From: Candidatus Brocadiia bacterium
GTDB lineage: Bacteria > Planctomycetota > Brocadiia > SM23-32
Assembly (NCBI GenBank): GCA_046538485.1
Contig: JBKHIT010000001.1
Span: 32,001-96,000, forward strand
DNA: 64,000 nucleotides
Reading direction: 5' to 3'
Position numbers and translations under genes: made by a program. Positions 28,759-38,500 of this stretch are shown here, one piece after another; position 1 is the stretch's first letter; each line of letters opens with the position of its first letter. Below the pieces are notes generated by a model. It had not been told where the DNA came from. It ran no database searches and worked only from the letters and a program-made list of their open reading frames with translations.

Positions 28759-30345
28759 TTATAGTTTCAGTAAACGGGCCTCATCCACCAGCTCCAGCTC
28801 CCGGATTTGCTCCAACGCTTCTTCCGTACAGGGAACATCAAGATTCAGGGCCAGCATTGCATTGCCGCCGACTTTCTCACGCCCGAATGTCATTCGGGCT
28901 ATATTCACGCCAGCCTTGCCAAGAGTATCACCAATTGTCCCAATCAAACCGGGCTGATCTTTCCCGAATATCACAAGTAGTGTGCCGTCCGGAGTCACCT
29001 CGGTGTGGAACGCTCCGATTTGCAGAACTCTGAGGTGCTCTTGCCCGAATACTGTTCCTGACACACCGATTCCATGGGTCTCCGTCGTCAGCGTCAGAGT
29101 AATCATATCAGTGAATCCGGCTTCCGGGGAATGAGATGAGCTGCTTTTCACCTCAACTCCTCGTTCCTCGGCCAGGTGAGAGGCGCTCACAATATTGACC
29201 GAATCACCAAGCATAACCTGAAGAACGCCCATGACCGCGAAATTCACAATGGGGCTTATGCTGTGGTCAGTAATCTCTCCTTTACAACTCACTTCGATCG
29301 ATTGCGGCCTATCACGATTAAGGCTGGCCGCTATGTTGCCCAGTCTCTGTGCAAGTCGACAGTAAGGATCAAGGCGTTCCATCTCCTCTGGAGAGACCGA
29401 CGTGATATTAAGAGCGTTGCGATAATGGTTCCGTTTCAGCGCATCAATCATCTGATCCGCCGCCTGATTCCCCACCGCAATTTGGGCCGCCTCGGTCGAT
29501 GCACCCAGGTGCGGTGTGGCCAGAATGCGGTCATTACAGGAAAATTCGTAATCCTCGGGGGGTTCTTCTTCGTAAACATCGAAGGCCGCCCCCGCCAGAT
29601 CACCGCTTTCCACAGCTTTCACAACCGCGCCCATATCCACCACCTCCCCGCGCGCGCAATTGACAATCCGAGCCATCGGTTTCATCAGAGCAATTTCAGT
29701 TTCCCCGATCAATCCGCGAGTCTTTTCGTTGCCCGGAACATGAACCGTCAAATAATCGCATTCCCGGAGCAATTCTTCCCTGTCGTCGACGAGCCGGATC
29801 CCGAGTTTCGACGCCACTTCCCGCGAGAGAAAAGGATCGTGAGCATGAACTTCCATGTCAAAACCGACAGCGCGCTTGGCAACCGCCTGCCCCACCCTTC
29901 CGAGTCCGATTATGCCGAGAATGGTTCCGGCAAGCTCGGCTCCGGTGAACTTTTTCTTATCCCATTTTCCTTCTCTCATCGAAACGTAAGCGGGGCCGAT
30001 ATTCCGCGAGAGCGCCAGCAGCAGCGCAAAAGCGTGCTCGGCTGTGCTGATAGTATTTGCACCCGGAGTGTTCATTACGACTACCCCTCGACGCGAGGCC
30101 GCCGGAATGTCAATATTATCGACACCAACACCGGCACGCACGATGGCCTGGAGCTCTTCTGCACATTCGATGACTTCCTCGCTTAGTTTGGCGCCAGAAC
30201 GACAAATAATACCAGCTACGTCCTCAACATTATCTTTCAAATCGTCATGAGAAAGTCCGGGCTGGTTGCGGACTTCAAATCCGGCGTCTTCAATCTTTTC
30301 AACAGTGCTTTCCGGCAGTTTGTCAGCGAGCAAAACTGTAGGCAT
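28759..30345 (-). CDS. serA: D-3-phosphoglycerate dehydrogenase (long form with ASB and ACT domains)
   Basis: RAGVGVDNID, VMNTPG.N..STAEH, GLGRVG, NCARG, AFDVY..EPP, TPHLGAST.EAQ, ACT motif DQPG.IG.IG..LG...VNIA.M. Confidence 0.96.
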   Translation of the reverse strand: MPTVLLADKLPESTVEKIEDAGFEVRNQPGLSHDDLKDNVEDVAGIICRSGAKLSEEVIECAEELQAIVRAGVGVDNIDIPAASRRGVVVMNTPGANTISTAEHAFALLLALSRNIGPAYVSMREGKWDKKKFTGAELAGTILGIIGLGRVGQAVAKRAVGFDMEVHAHDPFLSREVASKLGIRLVDDREELLRECDYLTVHVPGNEKTRGLIGETEIALMKPMARIVNCARGEVVDMGAVVKAVESGDLAGAAFDVYEEEPPEDYEFSCNDRILATPHLGASTEAAQIAVGNQAADQMIDALKRNHYRNALNITSVSPEEMERLDPYCRLAQRLGNIAASLNRDRPQSIEVSCKGEITDHSISPIVNFAVMGVLQVMLGDSVNIVSASHLAEERGVEVKSSSSHSPEAGFTDMITLTLTTETHGIGVSGTVFGQEHLRVLQIGAFHTEVTPDGTLLVIFGKDQPGLIGTIGDTLGKAGVNIARMTFGREKVGGNAMLALNLDVPCTEEALEQIRELELVDEARLLKL

Positions 30346-30398
30346 GGCACATTCTCCCAAACAAGCAAGGTTGACATGGAGAAGGCAAACGGACAGGA

Positions 30399-30427
30399 AT
30401 TATAGTAAAGCACAGGCGCAACGTCAA
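30399..30427 (-). promoter_or_regulatory. sigma70 promoter of serA
   Basis: Minus strand reads TTGACG-N17-TATAAT. Confidence 0.75.
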
Positions 30428-30494
30428 CGCGCGCGGACAAGTCGTAAACGGAAAAAGTCCGCGGGATAACCTTGTGATATTGCCCACCGGAGCC

Positions 30495-30524
30495 TTGACC
30501 GTTCGCCCCCCCAGATCGTAAAAT
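30495..30524 (+). promoter_or_regulatory. Divergent sigma70 promoter of the HEAT-GNAT-MEMO1 operon
   Basis: TTGACC-N18-TAAAAT. Confidence 0.55.
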
Positions 30525-30570
30525 TAAGTAGCTCATTACGGGGACGAATCTGTTGAGAGGAGGTCGTCAA

Positions 30571-32448
30571 TTGCACGGCAGCCGAGCACAAACTGACGGT
30601 AACTTGTTCAGCGCACTCCCAATCTTGCTCTGCCTGATACTCATTTCCGTAGTATCGGCAGGGGAAAGTTCTGGGCCACCACCGCATCCAGAATATATCC
30701 AGCAACTGATCGAAAAAATGGCGCCTCAGGACTGGGCGGGGCAGCATTACCATCAAAAACTCGTTGAAATAGGGGAACCAGCTGTCCCCCACCTCAAAAA
30801 AGCTCTCAAACATTCCGCCCCCCGCGTCCGTTACTGGTCGATTGCAGCACTTGGCAAAATCGGCGACGAGCAAGCTATCCCTGCCCTGATTAGAGCCCTG
30901 CAAGACGACAGTACGATGGTCCGCGCAGCCGCGACCTACCATCTCATTCACTGGTGGGACCGAGAGGAAGTGCAGCAGCTCATCGTCGGCAAGCTCCACA
31001 GCCGTAACCCGAAAGTTCAGGAAGCCGCCTGCCGCGTCATCGCCGAAAAAAAGCACAAAGACGCCCTGCCGGTTGTCATGGAACTTATGAAAAGCGATTA
31101 TCCCTCCGAACGACGGAACGCACTCATCGCCCTTGAAGGCACTAAAGGTGATAATGCAATCGAATCTCTTATCGACAGGCTTAAAAATGACCGCAGCGGG
31201 AGCGTCAGATTGCGCGCTCTCGAACTGCTGGCACAATGGGCAAACCGGGAAGACGTCCAGAACGGGATTCTTAAGGCGCTCGACGACGAAAAAGAAGACG
31301 TTCAAGATCTGGCGTGCAGCATCGTCGTGAAACATAATTTGCAGAAAGCTCTCCCCGAACTCAAAAAACTGGCCCAAGATAAAAATCCCACACACCGTTA
31401 TCACGCACTTAACACACTCGTAAAACTCCAGGGCCCAAAAACACTGGCCCGTCTAAAGAAGGCCCTTCGGGAAGACGAGAGCCCCCGTGTCCGGTCATTG
31501 GCCGCCGATTACCTCGGGGATTGGCTGAATCGCGATAACGTGGTCCCGCTGCTGATCTCCGCCCTCGGAGATGAAAGCAAATTGGTCCAGGAGATGGCGT
31601 ACAAACGCGTCGTCGAAAATGCAAACTGGAATGATTCCGAGGAACTTCGCAAAACCGTGCTCGAAAACCTTGTGGCTGAAAACGCACGCCTTCAAGGCTG
31701 GTGCCTCCGAATCGTACGCGAGAAAGGCTATAAAAAAGCCATTCCCAGGTTGAATAAACTCATCGACAGCAAACGGACTGTCGCACGCTACGGCGCACTT
31801 CGAGCACTCGCCCGGCTGCAGGGCGAAAAAACAATTCCGCTGCTCAAAGAAGCGCTGCTGAAAGATCCGAGCAGTGACGTCCGAGGAATGGCGGTCTACG
31901 AACTCGCGCGCTGGTTCGAGGAACGAGACGATGTAAAAAAAAGGATCTCCGCGGCGCTCGATGACAAAGACAGAGCCGTGCAGGGATGGGCGATGCATAT
32001 CATCGCGCAAAAAGATTACCAAGAGGCTTCACCAAAGATCCTCAGTTTGCTGAAAAACAGCCCCAACGAGGATGTCCGGCACAACGCTTTAAGAGCCATT
32101 GCCCAGCTTCAGAATCCCGGTAAAGCGCTGGCAAACTTAAAAGCCACTTACGAAAATGATCCGAGCCCGGTCGTCCGGGAAGGAGCTCTCCGATCCGTAA
32201 CTCTTCTGGAACCACCCATTCCCGAATCCGGTGCCCTGCTGATCGAAGGGCTAAGGAACACAGACAAAAAAGTCCGTGCTGCAGCCGCCGCTCTACTGCG
32301 CAGAGGGTTTGGTCAGCATTTCGAATACCAGGCGGATGCCACTATAGGAGAACGAGAGCGAGCCATCGAACGCTGGCAAAAGTGGTATGGAAAACATAAA
32401 AACAACCTTAAATGGAACGAAAAGGAGCGCGTGTTCGTCCAAACATGA
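30571..32448 (+). CDS. Exported HEAT-repeat protein
   Basis: Signal-like LPILLCLILISVVSA; repeated AIP.L..AL.D....VR..A units; TTG at 30571 after GAGGAGG. Confidence 0.85.
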   Translation: MHGSRAQTDGNLFSALPILLCLILISVVSAGESSGPPPHPEYIQQLIEKMAPQDWAGQHYHQKLVEIGEPAVPHLKKALKHSAPRVRYWSIAALGKIGDEQAIPALIRALQDDSTMVRAAATYHLIHWWDREEVQQLIVGKLHSRNPKVQEAACRVIAEKKHKDALPVVMELMKSDYPSERRNALIALEGTKGDNAIESLIDRLKNDRSGSVRLRALELLAQWANREDVQNGILKALDDEKEDVQDLACSIVVKHNLQKALPELKKLAQDKNPTHRYHALNTLVKLQGPKTLARLKKALREDESPRVRSLAADYLGDWLNRDNVVPLLISALGDESKLVQEMAYKRVVENANWNDSEELRKTVLENLVAENARLQGWCLRIVREKGYKKAIPRLNKLIDSKRTVARYGALRALARLQGEKTIPLLKEALLKDPSSDVRGMAVYELARWFEERDDVKKRISAALDDKDRAVQGWAMHIIAQKDYQEASPKILSLLKNSPNEDVRHNALRAIAQLQNPGKALANLKATYENDPSPVVREGALRSVTLLEPPIPESGALLIEGLRNTDKKVRAAAAALLRRGFGQHFEYQADATIGERERAIERWQKWYGKHKNNLKWNEKERVFVQT

Positions 32449-32990
32449 AGATATGGGATTTCATCACAGGCTGTCTGCGAAAACAGCGCGCCGATGAATC
32501 ACGCTCGGAAGAAGATCAGAAGCTCCGGGTGCGAAAATATCAACGTGCGGACCGGCAGGCGGTCCTTCATATCGCCGAATCCACCTTCGAAGGGGTCTGT
32601 CTCGATCAGAATATTGAAAAAGCTTTCGGGGAGGTCGGCCAAGCCTGGCAAGAACATAAAAAAGATGGCGTCGATTACGATCTTTCAAAAAATGCCGAAA
32701 ACGCCTTTGTTGCGGTCAAAGGGAACGAAGTCGTGGGATTCGTCTGCAATCGCCTCTACCACAATCGTTCGCTGGGGCACGTAGCAAACCTCGCCGTAAA
32801 AGAGGAATCCCAGGGCGAAGGGATTGGAAAAGCCCTCATGAAAGCCTCCCTGAACCACTTTCGCCAAATGGGAATGCAGTACGTCCGAATCGAAACTCTC
32901 GTCCAAAATGAAAAAGGCCAGCATTTCTACCCCGGGCTGGGGTTCAAAGAAATCGGACGTCAGATCTTCTATTTCAAAAAACTCGATTAA
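32445..32990 (+). CDS. GNAT-family N-acetyltransferase
   Basis: VANLAV...QG.GIGKALM and N.....FY..LGF; ATGA overlap with the HEAT gene. Confidence 0.9.
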   Translation: MKIWDFITGCLRKQRADESRSEEDQKLRVRKYQRADRQAVLHIAESTFEGVCLDQNIEKAFGEVGQAWQEHKKDGVDYDLSKNAENAFVAVKGNEVVGFVCNRLYHNRSLGHVANLAVKEESQGEGIGKALMKASLNHFRQMGMQYVRIETLVQNEKGQHFYPGLGFKEIGRQIFYFKKLD

Positions 32991-32993
32991 GCC

Positions 32994-33974
32994 ATGAAAG
33001 CGGACAAGCGGTCGATTCGTATCATTATCGTTATCAGCGCTTTTTTGGTCCCTCTCCTATTTGCTGAGAACACGAGCAAAACGAGGGAACCCACCGTCGC
33101 CGGAACTTTTTATCCGGCCCGCCCCAAAAAACTGCGCGAAGAAGTGCGCAACCTGCTGGATCAAAGCATCAAAAAATATCACAGGCGTGATATTGATAAA
33201 GGTCCTTGCGGCCTCATCGTTCCGCATGCCGGCTACCGCTTCAGTGGGAGAACGGCCGCCGGTGCTTTCTCGCTGCTCGAAAGACACCGAAAACCGTCAC
33301 GGATTCTCCTGATCGGCCCATCCCATCACTTCCATATGGATGGGCTCATCAGCGTCGCCCCATACTCGCATTACAAAACTCCCCTCGGAAAACTTCGGGT
33401 CGATGAGAAAGCCCGAAACGCGCTTTTGAAATCGAAGATGGTCGTGAGCCGTGCCACCGTACATGCCCGGGAACATAGCCTGGAAGTGGAACTCCCGTTT
33501 ATCCAGCTCCTCTGGAATAACCCCCCCCCAATCCTACCGATTATCGTCGGCACACTCAAAGAAAAAGAGATCAAATCACTCGCAAAATTGTTTAACAAAG
33601 TTATCGACGATAAGACGCTGATCGTCGCCAGTAGCGACTTCACGCACTATGGCAAACGTTTCGGCTTCGCTCCCTATGAAAACTCGTCTGGGAAAGACCT
33701 CGCGAAAAAAATTGAAGCACTCGACCGCGGCGCCATTCAATATATTGAAAAACTGCACTCCGCGGGCTTCCTGCAATATTGCCATAAAACCGGTGCCACA
33801 ATCTGCGGCCGAATGGCCATCGCTCTACAGCTTGCTATCCTCCATAAGCAAAATCGCAATATCAAACACCTCTCTCTGGAATATACGAGCTCAGCGGCCG
33901 TGTTGGGCAATCAAAGCAATTCTGTCAGCTACTACGCCCACGCCTTTATCCCCTGCAAATCAGAAACCAGGTAA
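32994..33974 (+). CDS. amrB: Second MEMO1-family protein (AmrB) with N-terminal signal/TM segment
   Basis: REP.VAGTFYP, VPHAGY.FSG, GPSHH, Y.TPLG, EHSLEVELPF.Q, ASSDFTHYG and TICG; hydrophobic leader IIIVISAFLVPLLFA. Confidence 0.9.
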   Translation: MKADKRSIRIIIVISAFLVPLLFAENTSKTREPTVAGTFYPARPKKLREEVRNLLDQSIKKYHRRDIDKGPCGLIVPHAGYRFSGRTAAGAFSLLERHRKPSRILLIGPSHHFHMDGLISVAPYSHYKTPLGKLRVDEKARNALLKSKMVVSRATVHAREHSLEVELPFIQLLWNNPPPILPIIVGTLKEKEIKSLAKLFNKVIDDKTLIVASSDFTHYGKRFGFAPYENSSGKDLAKKIEALDRGAIQYIEKLHSAGFLQYCHKTGATICGRMAIALQLAILHKQNRNIKHLSLEYTSSAAVLGNQSNSVSYYAHAFIPCKSETR

Positions 33975-34080
33975 GTATTCCCTTGCCGGGTTGCAGCAAT
34001 ACCGTGTATTCTGAAATTGACTGGAGGCCATCGTTCCAGAGCCGTCTGATACGGTCGGCTACACAAGAAAAGAGGAAAAA

Positions 34081-35181
34081 ATGGCGCAAAACTCAGAAAG
34101 TGCACTCTCAAGACGTTCGTTTCTCAAAAAAGCCATTGCCGGAGCTGGAGCCGCCGCTCTGCCCACAATCATTGTCCCCGGCAAGGTACACGCCTTCCAG
34201 AAAGGCCAACGCATCCATCCCAACATCTCACCCCTCAGGGTCGTTGGGCTCAAAGACGACGAAATGACCACCGATCGGAGGCTGAGAGTCGGCTGGGACA
34301 AACAGGAAGAAGTCGTCAACACTCGCCGGGTTGTCACGAACATCGACCGCCTCGCCACCGCCCTTGCCGGCGAAAGAGACGTCCGCAAAGCCTGGCAGGC
34401 CATATTCGTCAAACCCCCGGGGAAATCCTGGAACGAAGTCATCGTCGCTATCAAAACCAACAACATCGCCCAGCAACACACCCGTAGCGCCGTCATGGCC
34501 AAAATCTGCCACGTCCTGACCGATGTCCTCGGCGTCAAAGGCCAGCACATCCACATTTACGACGCCAAACACGGTGGCAGTATCTCGCGTGGAACGCCTT
34601 TCAAAGGTCTCCCCGACGGGGTTGAGATCAAGAACACCTGGGGTGGCATGCGCAGCCGGGCACCGGTGCCCGCTCCCTGGAAATCCGGCTCGGAATCTTC
34701 TCAATGCGTGACAGCTCTGGCCGAAGGCAAAGCCGACATCTTGATCGATATCGCAATGTGCAAAGGGCACGGAGGACGTTTCGGAGGATTCACCATGTGC
34801 TGCAAAAACCATTTCGGCAGTTTCTCCCCGCGCCCCGGGCATGCCGGAGACGGCACCGATTACCTTCTGTCAATCAACAAATCGGAGGCTATCCTCGGGA
34901 AGCAGGACGCCAGAGGGCGCGTCGAGTTCCCCCGCCAGCAGCTTTGTATCGTGGATGCGCTATGGGCGAGTCGCCCGGGACCGAGCGGTCATCCCACCGC
35001 GCAGCCCAATGCTCTTTTCATGGGTGTGTGCGGACCGGTCGTCGACTACCAGGCCGCCACGAAATTCCGCAAGGAAACAATGGGATGGCCGGTGAACCAG
35101 ACCGTAGCAGACCGTTTCCTGTCCGATTTCGGTTTCACGCCCGACAAACTCCCCTCCGGCGGCAAAATCATAACGCCGTGA
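34081..35181 (+). CDS. Tat-exported DUF362-like protein
   Basis: Twin-arginine SRRSFLKK plus h-region; VAIKTN, ADILI.IAMCKGH, GFTMCCKNHFG and LCIVDALW...GP match DUF362 patterns. Confidence 0.78.
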   Translation: MAQNSESALSRRSFLKKAIAGAGAAALPTIIVPGKVHAFQKGQRIHPNISPLRVVGLKDDEMTTDRRLRVGWDKQEEVVNTRRVVTNIDRLATALAGERDVRKAWQAIFVKPPGKSWNEVIVAIKTNNIAQQHTRSAVMAKICHVLTDVLGVKGQHIHIYDAKHGGSISRGTPFKGLPDGVEIKNTWGGMRSRAPVPAPWKSGSESSQCVTALAEGKADILIDIAMCKGHGGRFGGFTMCCKNHFGSFSPRPGHAGDGTDYLLSINKSEAILGKQDARGRVEFPRQQLCIVDALWASRPGPSGHPTAQPNALFMGVCGPVVDYQAATKFRKETMGWPVNQTVADRFLSDFGFTPDKLPSGGKIITP

Positions 35182-35286
35182 CGACCGACACGCGTCGGAG
35201 TCGTCCGGCAACGCGCCGCTGCGAAGAGCTGACTTACTCCAGGACACGTCCGGGTTCCGTGTCCCATTCCGTCCTGTTCTGGCCAT

Positions 35287-35368
35287 AATTCATGTCCATC
35301 GGTATTGATCTGTGGTTGGACATGCTGTTGGTTTTCACCGTTCTCCGAGTTCGTGTTCATTCATGGTC
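35287..35368. repeat. Degenerate short tandem-repeat remnant (TTCRTGTYCAT...TGG units)
   Basis: AATTCATGTCCATCGGTATTGATCTGTGGTT and GAGTTCGTGTTCATTCATGG between convergent genes; resembles the 9-mer repeats recalled beside GxxExxY and four-helix-bundle genes. Confidence 0.4.
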
Positions 35369-35595
35369 ACCCGCCGTTTTGCCCGCCCCAATCTTCTTTG
35401 TCGCTGATGTTCGTCTGATTCCAATCGCGCTCAGCACAAGCAAAATTATGCGCCGGTCGTGTGGCGGGACCGACTGCAAGCCCCATATACAGGGGTTATG
35501 TTGTCACATACCATTCCTCATTATGCCTTTGCTATGGCCCACGCCCATTATCCGTCCGGACCAAACTGTTAAAATCGGCGCTTGTGTTAAACCTG

Positions 35596-38500
35596 TCATT
35601 CTCCAACAACTTCAATAATGGCGTTCACGGCTTTTAGAGCAGTGTCCCCGGAACCAGCGATATAAAGCTTCGACCGCAGAAGAGGATAATCAGGATTCAC
35701 TTTCCGCAGCTTGTAGTGGCGCTTCCACCGGAAATGAACCTGCTCGCCTTTTGCATTTATTAACGCGTGCCGACGCGACATCGAGACCACTGCTCTCTCG
35801 GATCCCGGCCATTCGTATGAACTTGTGAACGGGACATGCGCCCCATATGGACGCTGGTACGTACCATATCTCCAGGGCCACATTGACTCGTAGAGGGCTA
35901 TGTCATTGTTGTCCCATTCGTGACCGATGAGGATGACAGGACCGGCATAATCCGCGACATGAAATCGGTCCCCGGGTTTATCAAAGTCTTCAATTTTTGC
36001 AGCTTGCTGGACGATCCTGGCTGCAATGCCATACCGGTTTCGCAGGAAATCCGCCAGTTTCCTGGCCGCCGGGCGGTTTGCGAGTTCCCCAAAACTGATA
36101 AGCACAGTTTCCTTCTGTCCCACCTTCCGCCGGTGGCCGGGGTGTCTTTTCTGGCTGGCCTCCCGGACCGATTCAACCGGTTTGCCAAGCTTTTTAAACC
36201 AGGGTTCTATTCGGCGAGGCGTTAGAATCGAAACCCGATCAGGTCGATTACCACCCGCCAGTTCATCGGCGCGGTCGATTACCTCTTTTTTGGTGCGCCC
36301 CGGAAATGGGTCGGGACCAAACAGTTGGATATCCGGGCTCACGCTCACAGCCAACATCATTATGTACCCCGGGGGAAGCTCCACATCGAAATACACCCCA
36401 TTCTTATCGCGATAGAAGCCGACCGGCACATTTCTTTCAACGTCCCAGATAGCCTGGATTTTTGGATTATTTATCCGGCATCGGTACCGATGTTCGCTGA
36501 GATAAAGATTGATAGAAGCCCGGTAGGTACTGTAGTGCACATCCCGGGTGGAAATGCCGAGATACCTCGTCTCCAGACCCTCCCGATATCGGGGAAAGAA
36601 CCGGAGTGCAATGTCGGGGGTTTCGTGCTCGATTTTCATTTCGTGTGCCCCGCCGCGGGGATCGCCGACCGAGGTAATGTAGAAGTATTCTCCGGGTGAG
36701 AGATCAAATCCTTTGGGAGTCGAGAGGCTGGGATTCCAGGCTTCGCGATTATCGGGCTTCCAGCGGGCCACCTCGGCATAGTCGACGCCGAATTCCGGCT
36801 TAACCCCGAGCCTGTCAACGATAAACGAACGGAGCCATTTTACCCGGCTGACAATTTGAGGCTCACGTGCATAAAGCAGGTAGGTGCGCTGGAAACCGAT
36901 GCTCGTGCGGTCACATTTAACCGCTTCCCGACCGAAGGGATATCCGAGAGTCACGGCTTTCCCCTCACCAAATTCGTTGACGGTAATGGCCGGTTTCCCA
37001 CCTTCGTATCGGGCCAGCACCTCCGCAGTTTGGACCTTGAGGGTCTGGAAATGCGGTTGTCTGTCGGTTTTCTTTTTAAAACCGCCGGAGAAAAAACCTC
37101 GGGGAATGGTAACTCCCAGAGGGGTATCTTTAACTTTCTCTGTAACGCTGCCGTCCACTCGCACACCCAGCACATCAGCCAGCCAGGCCTTGCGCATTTT
37201 CCGTCCGTATGGATTGTGTTTCCCGGGCATAGGCGAAGCTATCAACGTCCCCCCGTTTTGAACCCACTGGCGGATACAGCGGGCCATTTTTTCATCCATC
37301 GCCCGGACATCCGGCAGAATGAGCAGCTCCAGTTCGATTTCCGCCAGTCCTCCTTCACGAATGAAGCGTTCATCAATGCGAGTGTACGGCAATTTTGCCG
37401 CCTGCAGAAACCAGTCCCACCCCATGAAGCTGTAATAAATTGTTCCGCTGAACAGATCGTAGGTATGGCGCGGCAAAACCATCCCGATACGCTGCGGTAT
37501 CGGAGCAGTGTTAGCGACCGTTGGTCCCAGCCTGTAGACACGACGGTTGGTGAGCCAGTGATTGGTGATTGAATGCCAGGCGAGCTGATGGTCGAGGTAG
37601 CCATGAGCCACCCAGTCGTAGAAATACCGGGCCAGGTTGCCGGGATTGCGGAAATTAATCCACAGATAATCCCGATACAGACTCTCGATAGAGTCGCTGG
37701 GACGGGAACCAAACCCAACAGGACCGACGCTGCGGATCATAAAAGGGTTTCGCTCGTTGCTCGGCCCTGTGCTGGTAAACTGGGCCTGGTCTTCCGCGTA
37801 GAACCCTCCCCACTTCTTTTCGCTCCGACCGGCAATCATATCGTGATCGCCGAACTGCCACTGCTCAAAAATGATCAGTTTATCGGGAAAAGCCTCCGCA
37901 ACCAGCTTCCGTTTGATCTTCATGTAGTCTTTAATCCATTGCCGGCGGAAATTGAGATAATCGATTTTCACATGTTTCGGATACTGCAGAGGTAATTGCC
38001 ATCGGTGCCCATCCCGGTAGGTTTTCCCCAGTGCTTCCTTTATTTTTTGATCTGAACCATATTTCCTGCGGAGGAATTTGCCCCACCGGTGGGCTCTTTG
38101 CCGTTTATGTTTCTTTTTGAACTCTTGCCAGGTGGGTCTGGCAGCCTCCGGAACCTTCCGGCGAGGAATTGGCACCTCCTGAAAGGAACCATAGTTCGCA
38201 TTTGTTGGTTTGTTGAAAGCCTGGATGCTTTCATACTGCTGTTGGAGAAAATTTACCCACCGCCGCCGCGTCCTTTTCCCGTAATCAACAACTTCGGGAA
38301 GCGCCGCCCAGTCTCCTCGCTCGAGGTGAACCGCCGCGATTGTCTCATAAAATCCGGTAGCCTTCAGGTGTTTCGCGAGAGCCTGGAGATAATCACCGTA
38401 GGCTTCTGCGATTTCCGGATTGAAAAGCTGCACCCCTCCCCAGACCTTTAGATTGTCGCCGTTTCCACAGGCACAAAGGGTCGCATCGGGATCATCAGCA

